Both the position numbers and the translations under genes were made by a program. Positions 26,701 to 41,097 of a stretch of 64,000 bases of DNA are shown here, one piece after another (within the stretch, counting starts at the first letter, position 1; each line of letters opens with the position of its first letter). Origin of the DNA: Balanoglossus misakiensis (Eukaryota > Animalia > Hemichordata). The notes beneath the pieces are model-generated. The model was not told where the DNA came from. It was given only the letters and a program-made list of their open reading frames with translations, and ran no database searches. The stretch is taken from the NCBI GenBank assembly GCA_040954595.2, contig CM082593.2:2993434-3057433 (forward strand), written 5' to 3'.

Positions 26701-29700
26701 TGAATGTTAAGTGCGTGTCGCACAGTAATCCCCAGTGCAGTGCTGTACAAATATTTTGAAAAGACCACTGGAGTGGGACCGCCGCGCAACAAAAAAGTAA
26801 AACAAACTATCCCCAGCCGCAGCCACTTTTTGCGCCCAGGGTTTTTTTTCTCCGGGAGAGAAAGGGACAGGTGAGAGTCTGTCGGTGATCAATCACTGGA
26901 ACCTACCTGAGACGCTGGGAGTGTCAGATGTATCTTTCAAAGAGACTGGTGTTTATTGTAAGCTGACGTACTCTACTGGTCTTATGGCTTCCCTGCGATG
27001 TCTAATTGCAGGCAAAACTACTTGTACAATTACTCTGCTGTTGTTTTACAGTGAACGGCTTCTAGAGCAGAAATGCTTCCTTACACAAATCAAAGAAGGT
27101 TAGAAATGAGAATCTTGAGTTGTTTTCAATGCTAGCTGTGAAAAACTTTTTTTTTTCTCAAATTAAAAAAATAAGAAGTATCGAGTGTTTCTGTCTGTTG
27201 CTTCAGGCATAGCTCCTGATTTAACATCAAAGCCTGACTCCCTCATTCATTGCCCATCAAAACTTCATAACACGCTGTTCACTTTGAGCCCCTTTGCCAT
27301 AATTTAGTGTAATTTGGAGCTGCAGAGGACAGTAATAACGGTGTTCCAACAATGTCCATCAGCGCAAATAGTACTTTGAAAGGACGACGTCTTACCCAAA
27401 TCACAGCAGAGTTCCTAAATTAGCTGTCTGTTGGACGTTGATGAAAGCATGCAACTTTGCCTAAGTAGATTGCAATTTTTGAAAATGACAGGTTAAAATT
27501 GAACAAGCTCACTAATGGGGTAGGGCTAACATTTTCCAGTCGCAATTTGCATGAAAAACAACCGCTCTGTGACGTGATCAGACAGTTGGAACTCACAGAC
27601 CTGAATTTTTCTCATGTTGATCGATATCTGCAAATATTGTAAGTTGTAATATTTTAGCCTTGTCCTCATATTTTTTTCACCATCGACAGAATAGGCAGGT
27701 CCTCAAACATGTATAGAAACAAGGCCAGTGTCATCAACAATTCAGGTTTGTTAAAGTGACAGAAATTGTACTTCCTACATGTAAAGACTAATATTTTATT
27801 TTCCTGGAGTCGATTAATTTACAGGAAGAACTTTATTTTGTGAGGATCCTCTAATGAATCCTGAACATGATGTTTGATATAGGTAGGAGAATATCTCTGA
27901 AGTTGGGTGACTGGTAAAAGTAATTGTGTGTTCGTCTTCTCTCAGAGATGGCTCAAACCGGTTCATCTGCCGACAGATATAGACAGTAATTGACTCAATA
28001 AGTCAAGTAGTATTAAAAGCAAAAGCATCCAGGAGAACAATGGACTCTGTTACTCTCTGGTAATGTGACCTCCACACTCCCCCAGGACCTTTACTGCATA
28101 AATTTCTCAACCATGTTGCACATACAGGTTTCGCTTTTGCTTTCCGGGACTGTCTTGTGTACAAGGTGTTGTGATTTCAGCCTGAGAATATTACTGGGGG
28201 GTTTGTTTTGTCTCGTGTGAGAGCAAGGCACCTCCAGTTTTCCTCCAGCAGAGGAGGAATTCTGAGATTACCACTGTTCTTCTAATAGCTGTGGAGGAGT
28301 CGATTATCATGACAATGGGGGATGCATTGTTCAGGTGGGATAAGTAAAAATTGCGAAATCTTTGTCCCCGGTGTAAATGGCGAAGGAAGAGAAGGTCTAT
28401 TAAACCGCAGACAACGTGGTGCTAGGTGCATTTAGCGCGCACAACTGCGGACCCCCAAAGCCCATGAAAGCTCGGGCCTATTAATGTTTCATAAGTACGT
28501 CTGCATCCATGCTGAATTTGGTACCGCTATTTGGCCTTCTGTGCGAGTTGAGTAATGGCTCCGAAAAAAGGAGAGGAAAATTCCGGGACAATAAAAGGAG
28601 CGAGGGAACTTTTTTAAAGAGACTTGAACATAGTGTGTGGCGCAGAAATGTGTCAGTTTCCCCCTGGACACAAAGCCCGAGCTCCCAGACACAGAAGTGT
28701 TAAAGTGCCGTCTCCCGGCCGGGGTTTTGGAGTCTGCGATAATGAAGAAAAATGCGGCAAATTGGCAATTTTGTCTTCGGAACTGACAGAGTATAACAAA
28801 AAGAAAACAAGTTGATTGAAAGACCAGGGGGGTAATTACTGGGCCCGAAAGGCTGAAAGATAACTTCACACCTCGAAGATCTGTTGGTGACTGCCCCGGT
28901 GGAATGGTGTAAATGCAGTGGGGTACTTGTTTACCTGATGCCAAAATGTCTACCGATCTCGTTTAAGAGTACTCAGGATTTTTTGTTGTGCTCTGGTAAT
29001 TTGCCTCTAATGGCTCTCAGCAAAGTCTAGCTTAAAGTTTATAACCTCATAAATGAGGGGGTTGAGCACCTTCTAAATGCCGGATTCTTTACCGCACTGA
29101 AAAGACGCATTTGTGGGAAAAATACACACCGAGATTCTCTGAAAGACGGACATGAAAGAGAATTAGGGAGTTATTCAATGTTTGAAAATGAGGGGGAAAT
29201 GGGCCTGCTTGTTCTACACCCTAGTCCGAGATAAATCACTCAAGTTTATGGTTATCCTCTAAGTTAGATAAATTATTCCCGCAGGAAACACTTCTACTGT
29301 TCTTTTGTCATATTGTTCACAAATACTCTGTAGACATACGGTATCTGCTCGAGGAAAATGACAAAAAAGTAGAATGTTTGAGTCACACTTTTTTTCACGT
29401 TTCTTCTTAAAGATAGGGGCAGGAGCTTCAGGGTGTCGTGTAAAAGACGACGCCTTTACAGAAGATGGATGAGCAACATTGAACTGTCCCTGATTGTTCG
29501 GGTTCAAAGTATCCGTCAATTTTGTTTTCTCACTTTGGACAGAAGCCAGCGCCAGGTACTATTGTGCATGCGTCGTGGTGTATGTGCATATAGCCCTGCC
29601 CAGTCGAGACAGTCTAATCTGTGTGTTCTGATCACAGCTAACAGTTATCCGTTCGTTTTGAAATCCTTCTTCAGCTCTCCCCTGGAAATCTTGATCAGTC

Positions 29701-32393
29701 TATCATTTGGCCCGCAGCATACAAACTGGCCAACTTAAAATAACTACTTTTCTTCGTCAGTCCCTGGCGGGCACAGCTCCCTTGCATGTCAGACGACACT
29801 CTCAGAGAAAATCCAGCTGTGATTTAATACTTCCAGATAATTCATATCTCCGCTGTTTTTATCCAGACTGCATTTATCAATTATCAGGAATGAACCAGAG
29901 TCGTAGACAAATATTGATATTTCTCGTAATCCACACCCCGGCAAGATGCAGGCATTTCGTGTAATGTACGGGAGTCACTAGAAACAGTTTCGGAAACGTT
30001 GAAATTCAAATAATTTGTTTAGATTAGGGGGATACTAAGCGAACGTTGAATAAAACATGTGAAGAGATAGGAAATTACTGATATTAGGTCGTGAAATTTT
30101 GCAAACGTTGAATAAATCCTACTCGTGATTTAAACCAAGCAATAAAATCTTCATGTGTAACCCTCTCACCCCTATTTCACTGTGTGGAAGTCTAGTTTTA
30201 CCATAGAAAAAGTCGTTTTGGGTCAAACCATGGCAGTGTAAGGCCTTTAAGGCCAAATGGGGGATTCCCCTACCCCACCCCACCCCCAAAATTATGTACA
30301 ATTATTCTGTTCCCTTTTGATGATAAAAGAAACATGTCAGAGGAGAAGAGCCAACTGGGTTATTCCAAAGCACAGCAAAATAGAGGGGCGAAAGGTAACA
30401 CTCATCAACATGGCTGGCATTGAAAACAATCTAAGGGGATACTCATGTCACAGATTAAGCTGAGCGTGCGTCTTGTATGCGAGAGAGGGTCGTAATTGAT
30501 GCATGTTTTTTTTTCCCTTTGGTTTATCTGAATCAAGCCCCGGACGTCTTGAGAGCATTGCAGTAAGCGTCTTATCCGGGCTTACGGATGATTGCTCCCG
30601 GTGATGCGGTGGAAAAAAAGGGGGAAGTGGGCAGAGGCAGCTTAGGAGAATGTCAAGTTTGCCCGACTTGGTTTGCCGGGCAAATCGCTGCGCACTGATG
30701 AACGCAAAGCTTTATCAGTCATTTGGGGTAATGGATTCCTGATACGAATCATCCAGCTGATTGAGAAGATTCATTTTTCAGAAAGCCTCTGGATCAATAC
30801 TGCAGAGCCATTACCTGTAAGCTCGGGATAAGCATGTTATTTTTAGCTATTGTCGAAATGAAGCCATCAACGGAAAGGAGCGGTCTCCTCGCAGGGCAAG
30901 CCGAGCCTTGAGTTGTCAGTGTCACTCGCCAGGGCCAGGCACAGTCCAGGGTCTCTGCTGCACACTGGCATATGACAAATGCCAGGGCGGCAGATTGATA
31001 ATGACTGTCCATTTCCGCGTGACATTTAAAAATCAGAAAGAAAAAAAAAACGTAAAAGAATGCATTAGTCGGAAGTAAACACACCGAATTGCTTTTGGGC
31101 TCATTTGTTTCCCCTTTCAGAGATACATCCATAATGGTGCAAAAGGCTAGTAAATTGTTTTGTGCCTGTGAAGACTTCTTGTCACGATAGACACTGGTCG
31201 TTTTTTGTCTGGAACACACTTTCCTTGGTTGGTCTTCAAAAGAGGGAACTGGGGGTGAAATTGTTAAAACTCAAAATTAAAAAAAAGCCACCCATTTCCA
31301 AGTGAAAAGAATACTCCACCTCCCAAAGCAGAAAAGGATCAAATAATCTGCTACCCACAGTGTTATTTGTTGTGTCCAGTTAAATGTATCTTTAACAGCA
31401 GAGCTCCAACTGGGAGTGGAAACACCGTAGGAGAAAAACGGATCAATATCCCCGGATTCTTACAGGTCCATCTCGCTCTCCATTAATCACCGTGGTGATC
31501 TGTCTCTTTTTCCATCACTTAGCAGACGGCACTCCATCGCCAGTCATCTTGAACCCCACCAGCAGGTGGTTTTATCCTCGTTTGTTTTCGACAAATCTAC
31601 AGAATTATCTCCCCGTCCTCCGTCTCCACTTTCATCAACCAATTTCCCCCTGAAAACGTGAGTGATTTGGGGGGGGGGGGGTGATATCTGCAGTGGCTAC
31701 AGTAGGGCGCGAGGCTTTAATGTCACAATGTGTGGCGACTGATGTTGATAACGTCACGTCGCGGTATGACAACCGGCCACATGCATGTTTCGGAAAGAAG
31801 GGGGAAGAAAGGAACGTGTATTTTTTCTCTACGAAAATGCCGAGTCAAAGAACGCTGCCATTCTTCAATCTTGTAAGCCAATCACGACCTTTTGACTGAA
31901 ATAAACGCAACAAAAGCCAAGTAAATTGATTTAGAGCACTATTTGGTTTGTATAAAAAAAAGCGACATGCAATGTTTGAACTTCCTTAGCACCGGAATCC
32001 ACGAACACACCAATTTTATCAGATTTTTTTTCTCCAGCGCCGGTGAAAGAAACAAACATACCGCTTTGAATCGAGTGAAAGATACCGCCAAAAGCAAGTG
32101 GGCTCCATTACCGCTCTTTCTTACAATCATCAATGTAAATAAGATTACCATTCAGTTATATGTCTGGCTTCTTTGGGGAGAATTAGCCCAATTTACAGGA
32201 AAAGGAGAGAGTAAAACTCTAAAAGCCATTGTGTGTCTTTCTCTTTGTAATGTAATATGCAGAGGCTGCAATAACAGGATTAAAATTTAGATCATAACAC
32301 TTGTATTGGAAAGCGTCTTAATTAACTTCAATCCGAGGCTCACTAATGCTGCTTCCTTTGTTTATCGCGGAGGGTTCGGGTGATGATCCACCA

Positions 32394-32407
32394 GTTGCCA
32401 TGGAAAC
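32394..32407. promoter_or_regulatory. RFX X-box-like palindrome
   Basis: GTTGCCATGGAAAC, a canonical X-box sequence. Confidence 0.45.
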
Positions 32408-34475
32408 TCAGAAATCATCTTTTTTATCACTGGGGTCTTGACAAAGAGAAGGTTCCTGTGTATTCAGAAAATACCTTGTTGTACAGTAATTTATTTCTTT
32501 TGTTCATGTCACCGTTTTCGCTGAGTGGCTACTGCTTGGTCCAATGCACTGAAATCAGGATGACTCATTGTATAAAAACTGTGTCATCAGATTTGCGAAA
32601 CCCTTCTTTGTAATCCCCCAATTTTTTCGGTGATTTGGACTTTGCGAAATATCACCACTTGTATAGTATAACTTGTTTGTGGAGCCAAGAGGTGTAGTTT
32701 TTTCTGGAGTGCCTCCCCACACCCACTTATTTGCCCAGTGCTTCAAAATTCTGTACTTTAAACTGTAGTTATCAGATAGCTGGAGCCGGGCTTTGTTTGC
32801 GCTACCTTCAGTTCAGTTTACTTTGTACTAGTAACCCAGTCTGCCAGAGATAAGTGGCCAGCCAAATATCTAAATAGTTTTTAATACCAGCGAGATTGGC
32901 ATTCTCTGCGATTTTAATTCAGACATGTGCCCAGATCAAAGTTTGTTTGTTACCTATCACAGTATCAGACATGTTGATGTACCGTTAAAAATATTGCGTT
33001 TTGAAAGTTTTGAAACTGTTTAGAGTTGTAGTGAGAGATGGTGCCCACTTTTAGAAGTACTGATTGGGTACAATTAATCACTGTTTCCAGTAAATTGTGC
33101 TTTCATTTAGATTAATGACGGGTGAGGTAACTATTAATGCGTCAGATTGACCCAGAATGAGTTTTTTGGACTCTACGCGACAGACAGACGGACGGACAGA
33201 CAGTGTCATAATGTTCAATAGTCTGCCGTATTTATCATCTATAATCATCCTGCTGGAAATTAACTGATTAAAGAAATGATAGTCTGCCAGGGGGATTGTG
33301 GGTAAAGCGGGTTGGCCAATCACTACATGTACGTGTAGCATGTTGCAGCAGACAATTGACGAGAGGAACGGGCTGGACTACTGTCTTGTTGCTAGGTTAC
33401 AGATATTGATATTGTGCTGTGGACAATACTCATTTACAGAAATTATGGGCGGGAGTTTTTGCTTTGAGATGGAGTTTTCATATTAGACAATAAGGCGTTT
33501 TGTTTGAAAAGCAGGAGAAAAATGAAGTTGGGTTTTGAATTGGTGTTTAATGCTGGCTCAATGAAATGATAACTCACAAATGAGTTTTGAATGAAATGTG
33601 TCAGCAGCCGAGAGATTGATGGGGTGGTTGCAGCAAAGTTTGGTAGCGATATAACTTGGGGGGAAATTACCGCGACAGGGAGCAGGAAGTTGTCGGTATT
33701 CACAAATCAAGCGTCCAGCCGACCACAGACTTGGACGCCAATTTGGTCGTCTTTGTCCCCGCTCTGCAGCTAATAAACTGAAAACATGATATTTAATTGT
33801 GGAATCGAATGCAGAAATGGGGGCAGTGTATGAAAAATGGAGGTGAAAAGGGAAGCTGAATGTGTTTGGGTATGATGGGAGTGAGCTGGGGGCCAGGTGG
33901 TTGGGAAAATCGGCGAACGTTCGAATTTGCCCACTGTCAAACTCAAAGGCTTGATTTCAATGGACGTGAATTGCGTTTGTTGTTTCTATTGAACTTGGTA
34001 AGAGAAAAGAGTGTTGTTTATAATACATAGTAAAGAACTTGGTATAAATTGCTTGCTGGGTTTGTTTCTCTCAGATGCGAAGAAGCATGCAACGGTGTGT
34101 TTTCCTCAAGAAACAGACAATTAATCACAAGTATATACACGATTTATTGGTTGTATCATTATTAATGTAAATATTGCTATATTAGAACAGCTTTATTTGA
34201 TTAAAGCGTATAACATGTGGATTTGTTACATACACTAGCATTGTTAGCTACTCGGCTTCCAGCCGTTCTGATCAGTTTTTATGTACCCTTAATAAAGCGT
34301 AATATTAATTTTTATAGGCACTTAAAAATTTCGCCGTGATTGTTTTCATTGTGCGTTGCGGGCTCATCTCCGCTTTGTGACTAAATCTCTGTCGCCAGGC
34401 TGGCTGGGGAGTGTCTGAGGAGAGTGGTGATTCGGTGTCGTCTGGGGAGTGCTGCCTCTTTGTTGCCGGGTGGAT

Positions 34476-34910
34476 AATTACCCAGGGCTGGATAATTTTC
34501 CCCCCCTTGCCGTTGAGATATTGGGGCAGGAAGAGTTTACCCCTGCAGATGGGGCCTCTGTCTTGTCTTGTCCGCCGTCATTCAGGCGTAACCATGGCGT
34601 TTCGGCAGACACAGGGGAAAATTACCCAGGGCTGGATAATTTTCCTCCCCCTTGCCGTTGAGATATTGGGGCAGGAAGAGTTTACCCCCGCAGATGGGGC
34701 CTCTGTCTTGTCTTGTCCGCCGTCATTCAGGCGTAACCATGGCGTTTCGGCAGACACAGGGGAAAATTACCCAGGGCTGGATAATTTTCCTCCCCCTTGC
34801 CGTTGAGATATTGGGGCAGGAAGAGTTTACCCCCGCAGATGGGGCCTCTGTCTTGTCTTGTCCGCCGTCATTCAGGCGTAACCATGGCGTTTCGGCAGAC
34901 ACAGGGGAAA
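34476..34910. repeat. Near-perfect tandem triplication, unit 144-145 bp
   Basis: Units start AATTACCCAGGGCTGGATAATTTTC at 34476, 34620 and 34765, and each ends GGCAGACACAGGGGAAA. Copies 2 and 3 look identical; copy 1 differs by a 1-nt indel and one T/C substitution. Confidence 0.97.
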
Positions 34911-37900
34911 CATCTGCCACCCAGTTTTCTCTTAAATTGTCCGCGACAGCCACCAGTAAAAAAAAAATCCCCGGGATTGTCAGAAATGAGGTAACAATAC
35001 CAAAATGATCGCGTTGATGAGTTTGTCGAACACAATACTCCAAACGTGGTTTTCTCCAGAGTTTTAAAAATTGCCCTCATGAAAATAAACCAGCTGTCTG
35101 ATTAATGAATATATTTGATCTCAATTATAGCATTTGTTTAACCTTACCCTTATTTTAGTCATCAGTGAGTGAATTGAGAAAAAAGTCTGTAATCAGTGTC
35201 TCGATCCAAATTTCCCCTCTTTTGGTCTCCAAGGAGACGGCTGCCCAGCTCCATTGTTGTTTCGTGTTCCACACAAAGTGCTTCGATGGTGCCAGCCTCG
35301 TTCTGGTCTTCCCAATTACCATCCAGATGAAAAGTAAAAGAATATTAATTTTTGATGACCCCTTCTCTTCCCCAAAAATCTGATACAGGTAATACTGTGA
35401 TTGAGAATCTCTATGAAGCCCCATCGGAATAAATTCCATTATGCTCCTGTGTCCGATACACAAAAGCAAAGAAGGGACTCATTTTTGTGTGGAAAATCTG
35501 ATAGTCACTTAGTGATTGGAAATACAGTGCTTGTCAGCTTTTTTTTCATTCATTGTGCAAGTCCATCACTGGTTTGAGCTGATTGCTATTGGCTTATGTT
35601 TTGTTTGTACCATGTCAAGGGATGGAGATTTCTGTCAAGTTTTCTTGTATAATATGTTATTTCTTTTTTTGTCATTGTCAATAAATTGCTTGCCATTCTG
35701 CACCCCCCTCCCCCCAAAAAGGATGAGGAGGAAAAGTGATCTTCATCCTCTGTTTCCCTGGCCATCGCATGCATGCATGCATGTGCCAAGGCAAAATCCA
35801 AATTATGGCAGACAGCGATAATTGATAATGATGCCGTACAGAGACACAGTAGGGCACATATTGCACTCTTGCTCCGAGTTGTTAGAGCTTTTTGTCTTTA
35901 TGCTCAATCACCCAACGTTAGCTGCGAGCTTTCCTTTGTCGGCAGGGTCCGTTCGCCCCAATGCTTCTGCATGGCCGCCTCTCTGCCTGGCTTCACTGAT
36001 GTTACTCTGTGATCAAGTCTTAGTCACGCGGATTTCGCTCGAACTGATGGTTGGCTGTGGCATGACACGAGACCAGGTGTTTGCAGGGGAGATGGGGGGG
36101 GGGGCTTACATTGAGCAATTGTGGAGTGCTTCGTCAGCTAACAAATAAAACAACAACAGAGACTTGAAGAAGGGGGCTAAGATGGCAAATTACTCACTGT
36201 ATTGAGGTCCTTGGATGTACAACTACAAGACTGTTGTTGGATTTTGAGAAAATGGCAGAAAGAAAGTGATTATTAGAAAAAAAAGACCAGAGACTGCAAA
36301 ATGTGTTATGGGCAGAAAGGGACAGATGTTGGATATAAGAATGAAAGTGGGGGAAAACAAAACAAAACAAGACAAAAACAGCAGCTGGGCATTAGGGAGG
36401 TGCTTCATTATCATGGGTTATGTAACTGCCATGTGGGTGGGGCAGTGGGTGGGGTAGCAGATGCACGACACAAGGCCGTAAGTGTTGTCCGAGGCGGCCG
36501 TAATGTACATGTATTATGATTGTCCCAATTCAGAAAATCCTGCCTCCCGTGCCAAAGAAGCATTGAGTTCAGGAGAGAGAAAGTGCAAGCCATTAGGAAT
36601 AAAGACATGGGGGGGGATTAAGGGAGTCTGATTCTGTACAAAAAAACGGAGAGAAAATGTAACGCAGTGAAGCATTCTGGCAGGTGGTTACTTTGTCCGT
36701 TACTGTTTTCAAGGGATGTGTCTTTGCGTTTTCTGTCTGGACTTGCGACAACAATGTGATATTGCGAGGCTTGTTTGGTGCTTAGTGTAGAACATGTGCA
36801 GTGAGTGAAAACTGGATGTCAGGATTTATACTTTGGTACATCTGTCAGAAATTGTTAAATGCCACGAGCTCAGTCCGCGCTGTTCCGCATTAGTGGCGCA
36901 AGTTTTGTTGTCGTCAAAAAGCTTATTGTTTTTCACGGTGTCTTGCTCGGGGCTGGTCAGCTCAGGGTGGATTACGGCGAGTCAGGAAAATAAGGTGTGA
37001 TTTTGCTTCAGACAGTGAAAGGTCCAACTAATTGCAAATCGCACGTTCGTGGGACTGAGCGTCGGTGAAGTTTTGAAGTCCTTGTGGACAGGAATCTGTT
37101 GAAATAATGCGATTACACACTGTGGCAAGGAAAAAATCTATAAATAATAAAATACAGCTATCTGGCAGATTTGACACTCTGGTAACAGGTTTCAACTGTT
37201 GTTCCAGGTATTCAATTTCATGTCCTCGTGCAATTCAATAGTTGTAGGTCTTGACCCCGTTCAACCTTGTGAACAAGTACCAAGCCAGGCCTGAACTTTT
37301 TTCTTGGGACGTGTTCTCAGTTGAGCAAGACATGTTAAAGGGACATTATCACCATTGACGCTGCTCTGTGGCCAAAAATAGTGTCATCCTTCGGCTTAGT
37401 ATAAGGAGGAGACAAGTCCTGAGTATTTTATTGATAAGAATATGCCATAAGTGGCAGTTATTAAGGCATAAAAGTTCAGCAGAGTCTCTGAGTTTCATTT
37501 CAGCCTTGTGGAGAGCAATTTCTTTCAGGGCTGGTCAGTCTGACGGAGGGCAGGTCAGACGCGAGACAGTTTAAGTAATGGCTGGGGCCCCTTTTGCATT
37601 AATCATTCAGCGAGTACAATTTTTCATAGCTATTTTTAATGTTGCCATCTGAGTTCATTCATGAACAAACGCCATAAGCGCGGCACCCATGCGTTTAACT
37701 TCTACGACTCTAATGATGTATCTCCCGTCGTACATCCGACGAAATAGCGCGATGAATTTTTCTATTTTCTTCATGTGGCTTCTTTGGTTTTCTTGAAGCT
37801 CCCTGTGGGAGTACAGTGACACATACACCTCTCTGCTTTCATTCGTCTTGAAAATACTGACGTGGCTAAATTGTTTCTGTGTGTGCGAAGGCTAGATTCC

Positions 37901-38906
37901 GCAGCCACGGTGAGTGGGATGACTTCGATCGGTTATTCGACAACGAGAAAGTCGGCGAATAGTCATCACATGACATCTAATGATTATGGCTGATAGTATC
38001 GCCTTAGTAGCATTAACTAGAGATCTGATGTGTCCAGGTGGACCTCAAACAATGTTTCGTGATACCTTTATCTCAGCGCTGCATCTTTCTTGTCGTCTGG
38101 CGTGCCTACCTGATGCATGGCAATCAATTTTGAGATTGAAATTTCCTCGTTGACGCAGCCTCAGAGCGAGATGTGAAATTTTTTAGTCCTACAGCTGAGG
38201 TTATTCCGAACTGTCTCATTTGTCTTTGAAATATTAAGAGTGACTTTAATGTTGTCCCCCGAGACTTATTTCGGGCATTATTTGCCGATGGCGATGAAGA
38301 CAATGAAAGAACGCACCATCATATATTTACTCTTTTCACAAAAGTGAGCAAGAAAACCGAGGCATCAGAACGTACAACCAAGTATTCCCAGGACACTCTG
38401 AACATCTGACTATCAGATCTACAGAAAAAGAAAGATGTTTCCCTTGTTACATGCGCTCCAAGAGTGAAAATACCTTCAGTGTTTTACCAAACATTAAACG
38501 TAAGAAAACAGGTTGAATTTCTGAGTGCTTTTGCTGATCGCGATCACTTTAATCACCGTTCCACGTACTGACTGATATCGCTACATTAGTAACAGCATGT
38601 TATCTATATTTTTGTTATACCCAGAGTGTAAACTTTAAATCAAATAGATGGCAGATAAGGCGGCCGGTTCTTAGTCGCCACGATCAATATTTTCTCATTG
38701 CGAAGCTGACGTGTCAAAGAAACAATTTCTCATAAGAAGCATGAACGACGTAAAGGAGCCTGGATGATGGTTAGGGAGATAAGCGCGTCCCTGAATATAG
38801 GTAAGCGCGCACCCGCAAATAAGATATGGCGTAGTTATGTTAATTTTACAGGGAGCTGTGATATCAGAAAGTAGTAAATTTTTGCTGAGTTTCAAGTTTA
38901 TGCGCA

Positions 38907-39063
38907 CAGTAAAACCTGTCTAAACCAGACACCACAGGGACTGAGGAGATTTTGAGTTTGCACTGGTGTCCGGTATATAGAGGTTCTCTTAGCATGGGGT
39001 TGTACGTGGAAGTATAGACAGGTCTTCAGGTTAGACAGGGTTTGGTTCAGGCAGGTTTTACTG
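38907..39063. mobile_element. MITE / non-autonomous DNA transposon, Tc1/mariner-pogo-like ends
   Basis: Left TIR CAGTAAAACCTGTCTAAACC and right TIR GGTTCAGGCAGGTTTTACTG match at 18/20 as inverted repeats. Ends are CAGT...ACTG, flanked by TA on the right and CA on the left (decayed TA target duplication). 157 bp, non-coding. Confidence 0.8.
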
Positions 39064-41083
39064 TATCATCAAAGTATGGGCTGGGCAGCAAATTGTACGT
39101 TACGTAGATATAAATGTTAATGTGAAAGGAAGCTGTGATATACACGGCACTATATCAGTGAAACTCTCTGTGTTTCCTTGTTAAGTGACATGTGTTTGAC
39201 AGTGTAGTTTTTTTCTCTTAATTGAATTCAAAATGTATTCCCTATCATTGACCTGCCTCTGAGATATGCTCTCGTATGTCGGAGTTTGATGCTTTGCCTA
39301 CTCTTAATTGCCGATCAAATGCTGCACCTGTGCCGTCGAGTTCATTTCTTCCGGAGATATTGCGACTTGCCAGCTGCAATAAATCCCTCATAAATATCCA
39401 ACCTGCGCAGTTTTGTAGTCGTTTGTTATGTGCCGGGATCCGGGGGAGAGTTAAGTGCAGAAATTTATTTTGTGCCAAAGCAGGTAGGGCAAAGTGGATG
39501 ATGTTATTGTGCTTGCGTGGCATTTTTTATGGCAGTCCTGAGAGAACTTGAACCAGTTTGTCAGTCATGCTTTGTACACATGCAGCGAAATGAATCGGTG
39601 GATGTATGCTAGAAGACAAATCGGAATATCGTCGCTGGAGAAGAAAAAAAAGCTGGGCTCGTTATTTACAACGGACATGAATTTCTGTTCGCATGTTGGA
39701 TTCCAGCCACAGAAGAAATCACAATTTATGAGTATTGGTGTCTGTTACAGTAAAAGAAAACAGTTTGACAGTTTGGGGTTTTATCTCAGCATAATAGGAC
39801 CTGGAGTGATTTTAATGGGGGTCAGACATTTGAAAAGATTCAGTCGAGCTGAAAGACTCGGTCCAAAATGAAAGGAAAGTATCTTTCATCACAGGCAGGT
39901 GGATTTTCCACAATTTTTTGTGTATGTTTGTTGGGTTTAGCTTTCCTCTTCAATTATTCAAAACCTTTGCTTTTGAAGTTGTCCATTGTGTAGAGTGAGT
40001 CAACTTCCTGGAGTGTGTATGCGTGAATGACAGCCTATTTATCCCACCACAATAGGAACAAAATATGAGATCCAAACAGCACCGACAATTGAAAAATTCT
40101 CGTCTTATAAGTGGTTTTATATCACAGGCTGGCTTTTTTGTGTTTTGCATTAAAGAATTAGCAGATTTGAGCATATTCTTTTCTTTGACGCATGAATTTG
40201 AGACGGTACCGCCATTGGAAATCAGATAATGATTCTTTATGACATCTGTCCAGCTTTCTCAGATACGTCTATATTCATTGAACATTCAAAGCTGTGATAT
40301 TGGCGTGTGGCGCGTGATCAATTTTTCTGTATCTTTTTTTTTGCTCCCCTTGCACTGATGCAACGTAGCATCATGGAAAAATTGAAGTTTGTATTCCTTG
40401 ACCTACATGCCCCCAGTTCCCAGTGGCCTTGCATATCTGCCTGGGTAAACAATAAGTTACCTCATGCTGACATTTGAGGTAGGATTATGTGCCTTTTGCT
40501 GTGTTTGACGGGAAAAAAAACGTGTTATCTTTAACAGAAATGAATGATCGCAGGGCAGAAAAAATACCACCTTGAGTTAAGCTTATCCTCCGAGTGTTAG
40601 AGTGAAATGCGATTTCTTCCACGTTCACCTGATTGCTTCAAAGAAGTTGTTTAATACTTTTCACCAGAGTCAGTATCGAATGAAGCAACTTTGATGTTTG
40701 ATGGATGAAATTTTCCCAAGTGAAGGCTTCAGTAACGAGACATGCCGTGCAAAGATGATGTATTTTGTCCAATTTTAAACATTCCACTCAGATGGCACAG
40801 TGTACGGAAATGTTCATTGGTTAAAAGAGAGAAAAGTTTAAAAAATGACAGGGTTTATAATGAATAAGGGTGTATGTGATGTCAAAAATAATGGTAGTGA
40901 TTAGTATGGAACGTTTCAGCAACATCATTTCATGCACAGAAAATATTTTAGGACAGAAATGGCTCTGTTGGAGAGACAATTTGATGTGATTAAATACTGC
41001 AGATCTCAAAAGTAGGGAACGTCAGAGAGAAGAGAGAAATTGGGTTGCCATTTAGCAATTATAGCTGTACTCATTACTTAGTA

Positions 41084-41097
41084 GTTGCTATGGTAAC
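41084..41097. promoter_or_regulatory. RFX X-box-like palindrome
   Basis: GTTGCTATGGTAAC, a canonical X-box sequence. A looser GTTGCCATTTAGCAAT lies 40 bp upstream at 41044. Confidence 0.45.

Noticed and set aside
34411-35080. Repetitive ORFs and a possible CRISPR-like array
   Set aside because: The peptide repeats are by-products of a 145-bp (non-triplet) tandem unit. There are no unique spacers and no cas genes, and the context is eukaryotic.
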